Assembly (NCBI GenBank): GCA_026398735.1
Contig: JAPLSH010000014.1
Coordinates: 145,697-209,696 of the forward strand
From: Pseudomonadota bacterium
Lineage (GTDB): Bacteria > Pseudomonadota > Gammaproteobacteria > Steroidobacterales > Steroidobacteraceae
Direction: 5' to 3'
Length of the DNA stretch: 64,000 nucleotides
Shown here: one piece after another, positions 9,286 through 18,722 of the stretch
Layout of the letters: the number at the start of each line of letters is the position of its first letter
How positions within the stretch are numbered: the first letter of the stretch is position 1
Program-made: the position numbers and the translations under genes
Notes under the pieces: model-generated
Told to the model about the DNA's origin: nothing
The model's database searches: none
The model's input: only the letters and a program-made list of their open reading frames with translations

Positions 9286-11426
9286 GGCGTCACCGCAGCG
9301 GCTAATGCCGCCGCCTCCACTTTGGCTTCGCCTGCAACATAGCCGCGGATCCGCTCGGAACCGCCCTCAGGCAGGAAGCTCTTCCACGCGATCATGCCGT
9401 TGCCCTGCAGTGCGCCGTCCTCGACGATCGAACGCCAGCTGTCTTTGCTGGCCAAGGTGGGTGAACGGCGCAGGTCCGGCAAGATGTTGGGCGAGCGCGC
9501 GTTGAGGCCATGGCAGCGACCGCAGCGGTTCAGGTACAGATCTTTGCCCTGTTCGATGTCGGTAGCGCTCCAAGTCTCGGTGACTATGACCGGCGGCTCT
9601 GCCCTGGGCGGGTCCGGTGGCAGCACCGCTGTGCCGCCGAGTTTGAAGGCTACCAAACGTCCCGGTTGGCGAGCGCGCACATCCGGTGTTCCGGCGATGA
9701 TGCTGCCGCCACCGGCACCGGTGGTTGCAAGAATGTATTGCTCGCCGTCGATGGCATAGCTGATGACGCCACCGACAATCGCGTTGGGAGTTTTATGGCT
9801 CCAAACCTGCTCACCGGTATCGGCGCGGTAAGCAGACAGTTCGCCCATGACGACGTTGCGGCTGTGGCCCTGGAATACCAAGCCACCTGCAGTGGCCAGT
9901 ACTGCGCCACCGACACCGGGTGTTTTCCAAGCAGCCTTTTGTGCGACTGGGTCCCAGGCAATCAGGTTGGCCTGAGGCTTGGGTGCTTTGGGATCGGGAA
10001 CGGGCGGCGCTTCGCCCGGCATGTGGCTGGCAAAATGATAGGTACCGATATTGTCCAGGCCCTTCACGTACTCGAAGCTTGGACGCGGCAGGTGACGCCC
10101 GCTTGAGTAGTCGAATGCCTGCAGATAAAACAGCTTGGTCTTGGGGCTGAATGCGGTCGGATTCCAGGAGTGGCCGCCGCCTTCGCCCGGGCTGGCCGTG
10201 AAGGGTTGCTTGCGCTCATCAAAGCGCGCCGCAGGATTGTCGATGGGCTTGCCGGTCTTTTTGTCGATACCGAGCGTCCAGTTGATGCCTTGAATGTAAG
10301 GCTCAGCCGAGATCAACTCACCGGTGCGACGATCCAAGTTGTAGAAGAAGCCGTTCTTTGGCGTGTGCATCAGCACCTTGCGTGACTGCCCACCGATGTC
10401 CAAGTCGGCCAAGATCATGTCTGCGACGGAGTCATAGTCCCAGATGTCACCCGGCGTCTCTTGGTAGTGCCATTTGTAAGCGCCGGTGCGCGCATCCAAT
10501 GCCACCACCGAGCAGATAAACAGGTTGTCGCCCTTGCCGCCGGAACGGAAGGTGCGCAGCCACGGATAGCCATTGCCTGTGGCCAGATACACCTGATCTA
10601 GCTCCGGGTCGAACACGATAGAGTTCCAGACATTGCCGCCGCCACGATAGGACTCGTATTTGCCAAACCACGTGGGCTGAGCAAACTTGGCGATGGCTTC
10701 ATCGCTGGCTGCACCGTCGGCTTTGCCCGGTTCGCCTGGCACCGTATAAAACCGCCAGGCCAGTTCACCGGTATCGGCCTTGTAGGCACTGATAAAGCCG
10801 CGGCCACCAAACTCGCCACCGCTGTTGCCGATGAACACCAGTCCTGCACCCACGCGCGGTGCGCCGCTGATGGCATACATGGTTTCCGGATCAAAAGTGG
10901 CGGTGCTCCATGCTTGCTTACCGGTAGCCGCATCCAGAGCGATGAGCCTGCCGTCGAAGGTGGCGACGAACACTTTGCCCTGATAAACCGCTGCGCCACG
11001 GTTCACCACATCACAGCAATTGCGCGCTGCATGTGGGCCGTTGACCTTAGGGTCAAACTGCCACAGCGTTTTGCCGGTTTTGCCCTCTACCGCATAGACC
11101 TTGCTCCAAGCGGTGGTGACGTACAGCACGCCATCGACTGCAATCGCAGTGGCTTCCTGGCCGCGGTTGGTGTCGAAATCCAGCGACCAAGCTGGCTTAA
11201 GGTTGGCGACGGTCTGCAGGTTGACGGCATCCAAGCCCGAATAGCGCTGCGCCAGTTGATTGCCACCGTGAGCAAGCCAGTTTTGCGGCTCGCTGTCGGC
11301 CTTGGCCAAGCGGGCGTCATCCACTTGACCGGCAGGAGCCACTGCTGTGGTTGTTGCTTGTTTGCTGCTGCAGCCAGCCAGAGTAAGCAGCAGCAGGGCG
11401 GCGAGAGCGGTATTGAAGTGCTTCAT
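9282..11426 (-). CDS. PQQ-dependent quinohaemoprotein alcohol dehydrogenase, predicted lipoprotein
   Basis: Lipobox LTLAGCSS; vicinal Cys pair ARNCCDVVNRG typical of PQQ-ADHs; propeller W-repeats; C-terminal haem c motif CGRCHG. Confidence 0.85.
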   Translation of the reverse strand: MKHFNTALAALLLLTLAGCSSKQATTTAVAPAGQVDDARLAKADSEPQNWLAHGGNQLAQRYSGLDAVNLQTVANLKPAWSLDFDTNRGQEATAIAVDGVLYVTTAWSKVYAVEGKTGKTLWQFDPKVNGPHAARNCCDVVNRGAAVYQGKVFVATFDGRLIALDAATGKQAWSTATFDPETMYAISGAPRVGAGLVFIGNSGGEFGGRGFISAYKADTGELAWRFYTVPGEPGKADGAASDEAIAKFAQPTWFGKYESYRGGGNVWNSIVFDPELDQVYLATGNGYPWLRTFRSGGKGDNLFICSVVALDARTGAYKWHYQETPGDIWDYDSVADMILADLDIGGQSRKVLMHTPKNGFFYNLDRRTGELISAEPYIQGINWTLGIDKKTGKPIDNPAARFDERKQPFTASPGEGGGHSWNPTAFSPKTKLFYLQAFDYSSGRHLPRPSFEYVKGLDNIGTYHFASHMPGEAPPVPDPKAPKPQANLIAWDPVAQKAAWKTPGVGGAVLATAGGLVFQGHSRNVVMGELSAYRADTGEQVWSHKTPNAIVGGVISYAIDGEQYILATTGAGGGSIIAGTPDVRARQPGRLVAFKLGGTAVLPPDPPRAEPPVIVTETWSATDIEQGKDLYLNRCGRCHGLNARSPNILPDLRRSPTLASKDSWRSIVEDGALQGNGMIAWKSFLPEGGSERIRGYVAGEAKVEAAALAAAVTP

Positions 11427-11449
11427 GGGGTTTCCTAGCGTGTGCCGGC

Positions 11450-12361
11450 TTACTTGGGCCAGCTGTCCTTGAACTGCAGCATTACCTCGCGCAGCGAGCG
11501 AGGCTTGCGACCGGTGATGCGTTCAACGTGGTCGGTGACCACATTAAAAAAGCCTTCGCGTATCGACTGACCAAAGGTAACCATGTCATCGCTGGACCAA
11601 GGGATTGGTGCCGTAACGGGATCATCTGAGGCATGACGCGGCACGCCCAGCGAATCGAAGTAGGCAAACATCGCTTCGTCGTCTACGGGCTTGTAGGCGA
11701 TGTTCTTGCCGCTGAGTTCAATGGCCATCTGCACGGCCTTGGGGAAGCTCAGCAATTCAGGGCCGGTGATGTCATAGGCTTTGTTCTCGTGGCCTGACTG
11801 CGTCAACACACCTACCGCGGAGGCGATGCAATCCTCGCGCGATACGAAGGCGATGGGACCATCGTGGGCATTGTCGGGCAATACACCGGACATCAATGCC
11901 GGCGGAATGACCGCCGCTGCAATGGCTTCGGCGTACTGGCTGTCACGCAGAAACGTGTAGGACGCACCAGACTTTTCGATGATCAACTCGGTGGCGCGGT
12001 GATCGAGCTTGACGATGGCAGGATTGTCTTCGCGAGCTGCACCTAACAAAGAGGTGTAGACAATATGTTTGACGCCCGCGGCCACTGCCGCTGTGACGGC
12101 GTTTTGATGCTGGCCGACTCGTGATCCCACGCGTGCGGTGCTGATCAGCAGCATGCGTGTGCCACCTGCAAATGCAGCTGGCAACGATGACGGGGCATCA
12201 AAATCTGCAAACCGCACGCTGGCGCCGCGCGCAGCAAACTCTGCCAGACCCGCTGGTTTGCGAGTCGTGAAAATCAGTTCGGAGGCGGGAATCTTGTCGA
12301 GCAGTTGGGCGGCGGCAGCGCGGCCAAACCCACCCGAAGCGCCAGTGATAATGATGGCCAT
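11450..12361 (-). CDS. NmrA-like / atypical SDR NAD(P)-binding protein
   Basis: Start taken at MAIIITGASGGFGRAAA (ATG 12361, hand-checked). The track N-terminal extension is Arg-rich junk. Confidence 0.75.
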   Translation of the reverse strand: MAIIITGASGGFGRAAAAQLLDKIPASELIFTTRKPAGLAEFAARGASVRFADFDAPSSLPAAFAGGTRMLLISTARVGSRVGQHQNAVTAAVAAGVKHIVYTSLLGAAREDNPAIVKLDHRATELIIEKSGASYTFLRDSQYAEAIAAAVIPPALMSGVLPDNAHDGPIAFVSREDCIASAVGVLTQSGHENKAYDITGPELLSFPKAVQMAIELSGKNIAYKPVDDEAMFAYFDSLGVPRHASDDPVTAPIPWSSDDMVTFGQSIREGFFNVVTDHVERITGRKPRSLREVMLQFKDSWPK

Positions 12362-12484
12362 GTGCGTGCGATGCCCCCCTGATTCGATACGGGTCGCGTA
12401 CCGCGACCCTGACTGTGGCCGAGGGTACCATCGGCGCCGCTTTACTGGCATCCGAGGTGGCCGCGTAGCGGGGTAGGGGGTATC

Positions 12485-13279
12485 TTGGCGTCCATGCCAA
12501 AACTAGCTGCCAATCTCTCCACGATGTTTACCCAACTGCCGCTGGCACAGCGTTTTGCCGCGGCTGCGGCGGCAGGGTTTTCTGCCGTTGAGTGCCAGTT
12601 CCCTTATGAATTGCCGGCTGCGGAGCTGCGCGCCTCGCTGGATCTGCTGGGGCTGCAGCAGGTGCTTATCAACACCAGCCCCGGCGAGGCCGGCGAGCGT
12701 GGACTTGCGGCCCAGCCCGGGCGGCAGAAGCAGTTTCGTGAGGCCATGGAACAGGCGCTGCACTACGCGCAGGTGTTGCGCTGTCCGCGCATCCATGTGA
12801 TGGCGGGTGTTAAGCCCGCCGAGGCCACCTTGCAGCAGTGTCTGGAGCAGTACCTGGTTAATTTGGAGTGGGCTGCGCGGCGCTGTGGGGATGCTGGCGT
12901 GCTGGCACTTATCGAGCCCATCAACACGCGAGTGGATGTCCCCGGCTATGTGCTCGACAGCACGGCCTTGGCGTTGCAGTGCCTGCACGAGGTGGGTAGT
13001 GCGCATCTCAAGATGCAATATGACGTCTACCATATGCAGATCATGGAAGGTGACGTCGCCCGCAGCATTGAGCGGTTGCTGCCGCAGATCGGTCATATCC
13101 AGATTGCCGATAATCCGGGCCGCCATGAACCCGGTACAGGTGAGATCAACTTTGCTTGGTTGCTGCGTCATATCGATGCGCTTGGCTATGACGGCTATGT
13201 CGGCTGTGAATACGTTCCGGTAGGCGACACACTCAGTGGATTGACTTGGGCGCGTGACTTCCTGCCCCGCAGGCATTGA
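12485..13279 (+). CDS. hyi: hydroxypyruvate isomerase family (xylose-isomerase-like TIM barrel)
   Basis: MPKLAANLSTMF N-terminus resembles Hyi, plus a HIQIAD block. Start is TTG 12485 or ATG 12494. Confidence 0.8.
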   Translation: MASMPKLAANLSTMFTQLPLAQRFAAAAAAGFSAVECQFPYELPAAELRASLDLLGLQQVLINTSPGEAGERGLAAQPGRQKQFREAMEQALHYAQVLRCPRIHVMAGVKPAEATLQQCLEQYLVNLEWAARRCGDAGVLALIEPINTRVDVPGYVLDSTALALQCLHEVGSAHLKMQYDVYHMQIMEGDVARSIERLLPQIGHIQIADNPGRHEPGTGEINFAWLLRHIDALGYDGYVGCEYVPVGDTLSGLTWARDFLPRRH

Positions 13280-13354
13280 ACATCGATTGCGAATATCTTT
13301 GACAGTTAAGTCAAATAAGCCGCCTTTACTTAGTTCAGCCGCTAACTTGGCCCC

Positions 13355-14131
13355 ATGAACACCAAAACCAGAAAACGACTTACGGCTCTCGTTTTTTTGA
13401 TGTCTGCAGCAAGCGCTAGCGCAGCGCATGCCGGGACGGTCAGCATCGCCGATGCCTATTGGGGCGGTACACCAGACACAAACGGCGGCACGCAAGTGGC
13501 GTCAGCTGCAACGGGTGCAGATGTTATCGGTGCAAGTGTGTTCGACATCCAGGGAATGGATGTCACGCTGACCGGCAACATTCTTACGGTCAAGGTCAAC
13601 ACCAACTATTCAAACAAATCCGGCCCGGTGTCTGGGACGGTGTATGGCGATCTGCTGATTAGTACGACGGGTTGGCATCCGTACACGGCAGCAGGCTGTG
13701 GAGCGGCGCAGTTCTATGCCTGCGATACGTTTGCCAATACAGGAACCAATTGGAACTATGCGGTCGACACGTCGACCGGCGGGCTCTATGCCATTGCACG
13801 CGGCAACATCATCACCACCGATCAAGCGTTTGGTGTCACGCAGCCAGGTTGGACCTACCGGACGGGCCAGGCCACTTTGATCAACGGCGGGACCTATGCC
13901 GGTGCAGCGAGCTTTGACGATTCGCATGCGGGCGTTGGTGGTTATCTGGTCTATACGGTGGATGTCTCAAGCTTGGGGCCGCTGGCGACCTTGGCGTTGC
14001 AGTGGAACATGATCTGCGGCAACGACACGATGCAGGGCGAAGTCTCTGTGCCAGAGCCCACCACCGGTTTGCTTATGGCGTCTGGCCTGCTGTGTATGCT
14101 GGGTTTTCGCCGGCGCCTGCGTTTGAGTTAG
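13355..14131 (+). CDS. PEP-CTERM sorting-domain protein
   Basis: Signal peptide. C-terminus is VPEPTTGLLMASGLLCMLGFRRRLRLS (PEP motif, TM, basic tail). Confidence 0.8.
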   Translation: MNTKTRKRLTALVFLMSAASASAAHAGTVSIADAYWGGTPDTNGGTQVASAATGADVIGASVFDIQGMDVTLTGNILTVKVNTNYSNKSGPVSGTVYGDLLISTTGWHPYTAAGCGAAQFYACDTFANTGTNWNYAVDTSTGGLYAIARGNIITTDQAFGVTQPGWTYRTGQATLINGGTYAGAASFDDSHAGVGGYLVYTVDVSSLGPLATLALQWNMICGNDTMQGEVSVPEPTTGLLMASGLLCMLGFRRRLRLS

Positions 14132-14171
14132 ATTGCCGGCTACCGCGACCGGCGGTTTGTCGGAGTCTGTG

Positions 14172-14864
14172 ATGTCCACTCAAGCGCTACACCTGATCTC
14201 GTCGATGGCTACCCGTAAGCTGCTGGACGAGCTTGCCGCGCAATACACGGGTGCCACGGGTCAGTCTGTCTCGTGCAGTGCTGCCGGCGGTGTCGACGTT
14301 GCCAAGCGGGTGCGCGCTGGCGAGTACACCGATGTGGTGGTGTTGGCAGACAACGTCATCGACAAACTTATCGCCGAAGGGCATCTGTTGATGGGCAGTC
14401 GTGTTGATGTGGTGCGTTCGGGCGTCGCTGTTGCGGTGCCTGCCACCGATCCTGTGCCAGATCTCTCTAGTGAAGAATCAGTGCGACTGGCGGTGCTTGC
14501 GGCGCCGACGATCAGCTATTCCACAGGCCCCAGTGGCGTGTACTTGGAACAGTTGTTTACCCGTTGGGGCATCTTTGAAACGGTCAAACCGCGCATCGTT
14601 GTGCCGCCGCCGGGTGTGCCTGTGGGTTCATTGGTAGCAGACGGTCGCGTGGCCCTGGGCTTTCAGCAGCTCAGTGAGTTGCTGGGTATCGAGGGTCTGG
14701 TGGTGGCAGGCCCGCTGCCGCCGGCCATCCAAACCATTACGGTGTTTTCTGGGGCAGTCAGTGCGCAGAGCCGCACACCCGCAGCGGCCGCTGCGCTGTT
14801 GGCACAGCTAGGTGCCCCTGCAACCGCTGCCGTGAAGCAGCGTCACGGCATGGACGGAGCCTAG
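14172..14864 (+). CDS. ModA-like periplasmic-binding-protein-fold protein without a signal peptide
   Basis: 230 aa; type II SBP-like alternating pattern (VVVLADNVIDKL.., ALGFQQLSEL). N-terminus MSTQALHLISSMATRK is not hydrophobic. Confidence 0.55.
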   Translation: MSTQALHLISSMATRKLLDELAAQYTGATGQSVSCSAAGGVDVAKRVRAGEYTDVVVLADNVIDKLIAEGHLLMGSRVDVVRSGVAVAVPATDPVPDLSSEESVRLAVLAAPTISYSTGPSGVYLEQLFTRWGIFETVKPRIVVPPPGVPVGSLVADGRVALGFQQLSELLGIEGLVVAGPLPPAIQTITVFSGAVSAQSRTPAAAAALLAQLGAPATAAVKQRHGMDGA

Positions 14865-14875
14865 CCCAAGGTCGT

Positions 14876-16528
14876 TCAGGCGTACGGTGCGGGGTGCAGA
14901 AAAGGCCAGGGGCTGGCGTCACTGCCGCGCTCACTCTGCACCACGATAACCGCGGGTACGTCGGCTGCAATCGATCGCTCTAATGCACCGCGCAGGCCGG
15001 CAGGCGAGCTGACACGCTCGGCGCGCGCGCCGAAGCTTTCGGCCAGCTTCACAAAGTCTGGGTTGCGCAGCTCTGCGCCGATAAAGCGGCTGTCATAGCG
15101 CTCAGTCTGGTCGCGGCGCACATTGCCGAAGCTGGCGTTGTCGAATACCACTGCGATGACATTGATGCCGTATTGCACCGCGGTAGCCAGTTCTTGCACG
15201 CCGAACATGAAACCGCCATCGCCATTGACCGAGATCACCACCTTGTCGGGGTTGGCCACTTTGACACCCAGCGCGGTGTTAAAGCCGAAGCCCAGATTGT
15301 CCTGATAGCCGCAGGTGACGTATTGGCGCGGGCCATAAACGGGGAAGGCCAAGCGCGCCGCAAAGCCAATTTGGGCAATTTCTTCGACAAAGAAGCCATC
15401 GCGGGGCAGTACGTCACGAATGGTTTGCAGGTAACTGACTTGCGGTTGCAGCGATTGCAGTGCTGCCAGATCGCGCTGTTTGCAGGCGTTCAGCGCCTCC
15501 AGGCGGGAGGTCTGGGCCGGCAGTAGGCCATCGAGCGACTGCAACAGGGCGCGCGTACCGAGCGCAGCATCTGTCACCAGTCCGACTGTGGGTTTGAGCC
15601 GCACCATTTCTGTCGGATCGATGTCGATGCGCAGGGTTTTTAGACCAGGGGGCATCCAGCGCCAGCGCATGTGCTGCAGCTCCAAGCGGCTGCCAATCCC
15701 GATCAGCAAATCGCAGTCTTGCCACCAGTCATAGGCCGCACCCATCGACAGGCCGTAGGGCAGGTGTTCCCCCACAATGCCTTTGCCGCTGCGATGCGCA
15801 GTCACTGGGGCCTGTAAGCGTTGCGCCAGTTCGAGTATTTCATCGCCCGCATGCACGGCACCTGCACCGACCATGATCAGCGGTTTGCGTGCCGCAGCAA
15901 TAAGCCGTGCAGCGGCTTGCACGCTGTCTGGATCGGGCAAAGGTGGGGGCACTGGAGCGAGCATCTCTACGGCTCGCACGGCGGCCCGTTGTCCGAACAC
16001 ATCCCAAGGTGTTTCCACGGCAACTGGGCGTACGCGACCGCTGCGCAGCTGTTGGAAGGCCTGTGCCATGACAGTGCCCGCTTCGCTGGGGTGGTTGATG
16101 CGTTCTGCCCACTTGGTCAGGCCGCGCAGCAACGCCAGCTGGTCAGACAGCTCATGCAGCTGGCCACGCCCCTGGCCGATCAGATGGGACATGATATTGC
16201 CCGTCAAACACAGCACCGGAGCGTTGGCCCCATAGGCAGTACACAAAGCCGCGCCGCTGTTGAGCACGCCAGGCCCGGGCACGACGGTGTAAGTGCCCAC
16301 GCGTCCGGTGGACTTGGCATAACCGAAGGCCATGTAGCCTGCGCCCTGCTCGTGTCGCGTTGTGACGAAACGCAGCGTATTGTTACGACGAGCTAAAGCA
16401 TCGTTGAGGTCGTACATGTGCGCGCCGGGAATGCCAAACACAGTGTCTACGCCATGCGCTATCAGCGCGTCGGCTATTACATCGCCTGTGGTGGGTGTCA
16501 TCCTCGGTTCTCCGGTCGTTACTGACAT
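14876..16528 (-). CDS. thiamine-pyrophosphate-dependent enzyme (acetolactate synthase / benzoylformate decarboxylase-like)
   Basis: GVDTVFGIPGAH N-terminal block and TPP motif NGDGGFMFGVQELATAVQYGINVIAVVFDNASFG. Alternative start at M10 (16501). Confidence 0.85.
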   Translation of the reverse strand: MSVTTGEPRMTPTTGDVIADALIAHGVDTVFGIPGAHMYDLNDALARRNNTLRFVTTRHEQGAGYMAFGYAKSTGRVGTYTVVPGPGVLNSGAALCTAYGANAPVLCLTGNIMSHLIGQGRGQLHELSDQLALLRGLTKWAERINHPSEAGTVMAQAFQQLRSGRVRPVAVETPWDVFGQRAAVRAVEMLAPVPPPLPDPDSVQAAARLIAAARKPLIMVGAGAVHAGDEILELAQRLQAPVTAHRSGKGIVGEHLPYGLSMGAAYDWWQDCDLLIGIGSRLELQHMRWRWMPPGLKTLRIDIDPTEMVRLKPTVGLVTDAALGTRALLQSLDGLLPAQTSRLEALNACKQRDLAALQSLQPQVSYLQTIRDVLPRDGFFVEEIAQIGFAARLAFPVYGPRQYVTCGYQDNLGFGFNTALGVKVANPDKVVISVNGDGGFMFGVQELATAVQYGINVIAVVFDNASFGNVRRDQTERYDSRFIGAELRNPDFVKLAESFGARAERVSSPAGLRGALERSIAADVPAVIVVQSERGSDASPWPFLHPAPYA

Positions 16529-16596
16529 ACGCTGCTTTAGCTCTTGTTGAAAATTATCAAAATCGCCGGCTATATGACTACCAAGGCACGGTTTCT

Positions 16597-17376
16597 ATGA
16601 CGACCAAGTCAGGGCATATCAGGGCGGTTGCAAGGGCATTAAATCTGCTCGATGCAATGAACGAACGCCAGCCCTGCAGTTTGGCCGAGTTGCACCATGC
16701 CACGGGCTTGCCCAAGCCCACGGTGTTTCGCATTTTGGCAACGCTTGAAGCCGAAGGCTATGTGCGCAGTGAAGGGGGCTTGGGCCAGTACCGACTCACT
16801 GCGCGTACCAGACGGTTGGGAGCCGCCTACAGCGAAAAGTCGATGGTTATTGATGTCGGGGCGGCTATCGCACTGACTGTCACCAAGGCCATCAAATGGC
16901 CGCTCGCTATTGGTGTGCTGGACGGAGATGCGATTGTGGTGCGCCACAGCACAATGCCGTACAGCCCGCTTGCGGTGCAGGCCACCACATTGGGACATCG
17001 CTTGGGTTTGCTGGATTCGGCGATGGGACAGGCTTACTTGGCATTTTGTGACGACAAAGAGCGGAGCATTTTGGTCGACATGCTGTGCACCGGTGCAGAC
17101 GCAGCAGGTCTGGAGCATGTGCAGCAGGCGTTGGAAAAGCTGCCCGCGGCGCGTGAGCGCGGCTATGGCTTGCGCCTGCCCAAAGCAGTGGGTGTCAGCG
17201 CTACTGTTGCGGTACCGATTTTGCGTGGGTCGCAGGTTCCTGCCGTGCTGAGCATGACCACGTTTGGTCGCGTGATGAACGACAGCATGCTTGCGACGCA
17301 TCTGCCGGTGTTGCGACAAACTGCAACGGATATCGCGTTGGCGCTGGCTGCGCGTGAGAGTCAATTGCCTGCTTGA
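16597..17376 (+). CDS. IclR family transcriptional regulator
   Basis: N-terminal wHTH (ALNLLDAMNE.., LAELHHATGLPKPTVFRILATLEAEGYV) plus an IclR effector domain. ATG 16597 hand-checked. Divergent from the TPP enzyme gene. Confidence 0.85.
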   Translation: MTTKSGHIRAVARALNLLDAMNERQPCSLAELHHATGLPKPTVFRILATLEAEGYVRSEGGLGQYRLTARTRRLGAAYSEKSMVIDVGAAIALTVTKAIKWPLAIGVLDGDAIVVRHSTMPYSPLAVQATTLGHRLGLLDSAMGQAYLAFCDDKERSILVDMLCTGADAAGLEHVQQALEKLPAARERGYGLRLPKAVGVSATVAVPILRGSQVPAVLSMTTFGRVMNDSMLATHLPVLRQTATDIALALAARESQLPA

Positions 17377-17396
17377 GGCTGCGCAGGCGTCAGCGC

Positions 17397-18722
17397 TCAA
17401 CGCGCGGTCCCCATTACACCCAATAGAGCCAATGACATCGCGCGCACACCGGTGCGCAGGGTGGGTTCTGCCACGGGTATGAATTGCGGCGAATGATTAG
17501 CAGGCACCTGTTCGCCCCCGGCGCGCGCTGCAGCCATGCGCTTTGGCTCATAGATGCCCAAACCGAAAAAGAACGACGGTACTCCCGCCGCTTGGAACTC
17601 TGTGTAGTCCTCACCGGCTGACCAAGCGCTGCTCAGTTGCACGGACTTATCACCGAAGGCCTGGTTAAACAGTGCTGCAGTGCGGGCGGTGAGTTGTGGA
17701 TCGTTCATCACAGAACGGGTCCCGACGCTGAAACTTACTTGCGGTGGCGGTGCGCCGGCCATTGCCGCGACCGCTTGCGCAGTACGGGTTACACCCTGCT
17801 GTAACCTCTCGTGTACCGCATCTGATTGGCTGCGCACGGTGCCACGCAGTGCCACTTGATCCGGGATGATGTTGCCGGCACTTCCGCCCTGAATTGCTCC
17901 GATACTCACGACGCCAAACGCCGCCGGATCTTTTTCGCGACTTACAACCGATTGCAGGTCTACAACAAAACGGCTGGCCATCATCACCGGATCGATGGTG
18001 GTGCTTGGGTCTGAGCCATGCCCGCCACGCCCTAGAAAGGTAACGTTGAGCGCCGACCCGTTGGATGTCATCGCTCCGGCCCGCCACAGGACCTCGTCAT
18101 AGGCGCCCGGCATGGTGTGCAAAGCAAAGCCGTAGTCTGGCTTTCCGAATCGCTCAAACAGACGGTCCGCTAGCATCGCCTTGGCGCCTGCCACACGCTC
18201 TTCTGCCGGCTGTGCGATGAACATCAGTGTGCCGCGCCAGTTGCTGCGCTGGGCCAGCATCGCGCGCGCCGTGCCAACCCAGATGCTCATATGCATGTCG
18301 TGCGCACAGGTGTGGGCGGTGAAAGTGTCTGCGCCGTTGTACTGTGTGCGCGTCCGGCTGGCGAAAGGCAGGTCGCTCTGCTCCTGCATTGGCAGGCCAT
18401 CGAGCTCTGTGCGCACCATCACCAGAGGGCCGCTGCCGTTACGCAGCACAGCCACAAGACCTGTGCCACCTACGCCTTGCGTGACTTCAAAGCCGGCAGA
18501 ACGCATTTGTGCTGCAAGCAGCGCAGCGGTGCGTGTCTCGGCGAACGCCAGCTCTGGGTGGGCATGAAGGTCTGCATATAAGGCCAATAAAGACCCTTGT
18601 TCTTTTGCGAGTGAGGCATCTACGCGCAGCAATGCTGCTTTCACATCCAGCTGTGCGCACCAGGCCGCAGGCTGTGCCAGCATGCTGAGGAGCACGGTGG
18701 CGCAGACTGCGATTGGCTTCAT
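17397..18722 (-). CDS. exported M20D-family amidohydrolase (hippurate hydrolase / N-acyl-amino-acid hydrolase-like)
   Basis: Signal peptide MKPIAVCATVLLSMLAQPAAWCAQ. Blocks HAHPELAFAE, VRTELDGLPM, HTCAHDMH. Start overlaps the RidA stop (ATGA). Confidence 0.85.
   Translation of the reverse strand: MKPIAVCATVLLSMLAQPAAWCAQLDVKAALLRVDASLAKEQGSLLALYADLHAHPELAFAETRTAALLAAQMRSAGFEVTQGVGGTGLVAVLRNGSGPLVMVRTELDGLPMQEQSDLPFASRTRTQYNGADTFTAHTCAHDMHMSIWVGTARAMLAQRSNWRGTLMFIAQPAEERVAGAKAMLADRLFERFGKPDYGFALHTMPGAYDEVLWRAGAMTSNGSALNVTFLGRGGHGSDPSTTIDPVMMASRFVVDLQSVVSREKDPAAFGVVSIGAIQGGSAGNIIPDQVALRGTVRSQSDAVHERLQQGVTRTAQAVAAMAGAPPPQVSFSVGTRSVMNDPQLTARTAALFNQAFGDKSVQLSSAWSAGEDYTEFQAAGVPSFFFGLGIYEPKRMAAARAGGEQVPANHSPQFIPVAEPTLRTGVRAMSLALLGVMGTAR

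Noticed and set aside
16547-16560. TTGA-AAATTA-TCAA as an IclR operator between the TPP-enzyme and IclR genes.
   Set aside because: Only the outer 4 bp are symmetric. This is too weak to call without comparative data.
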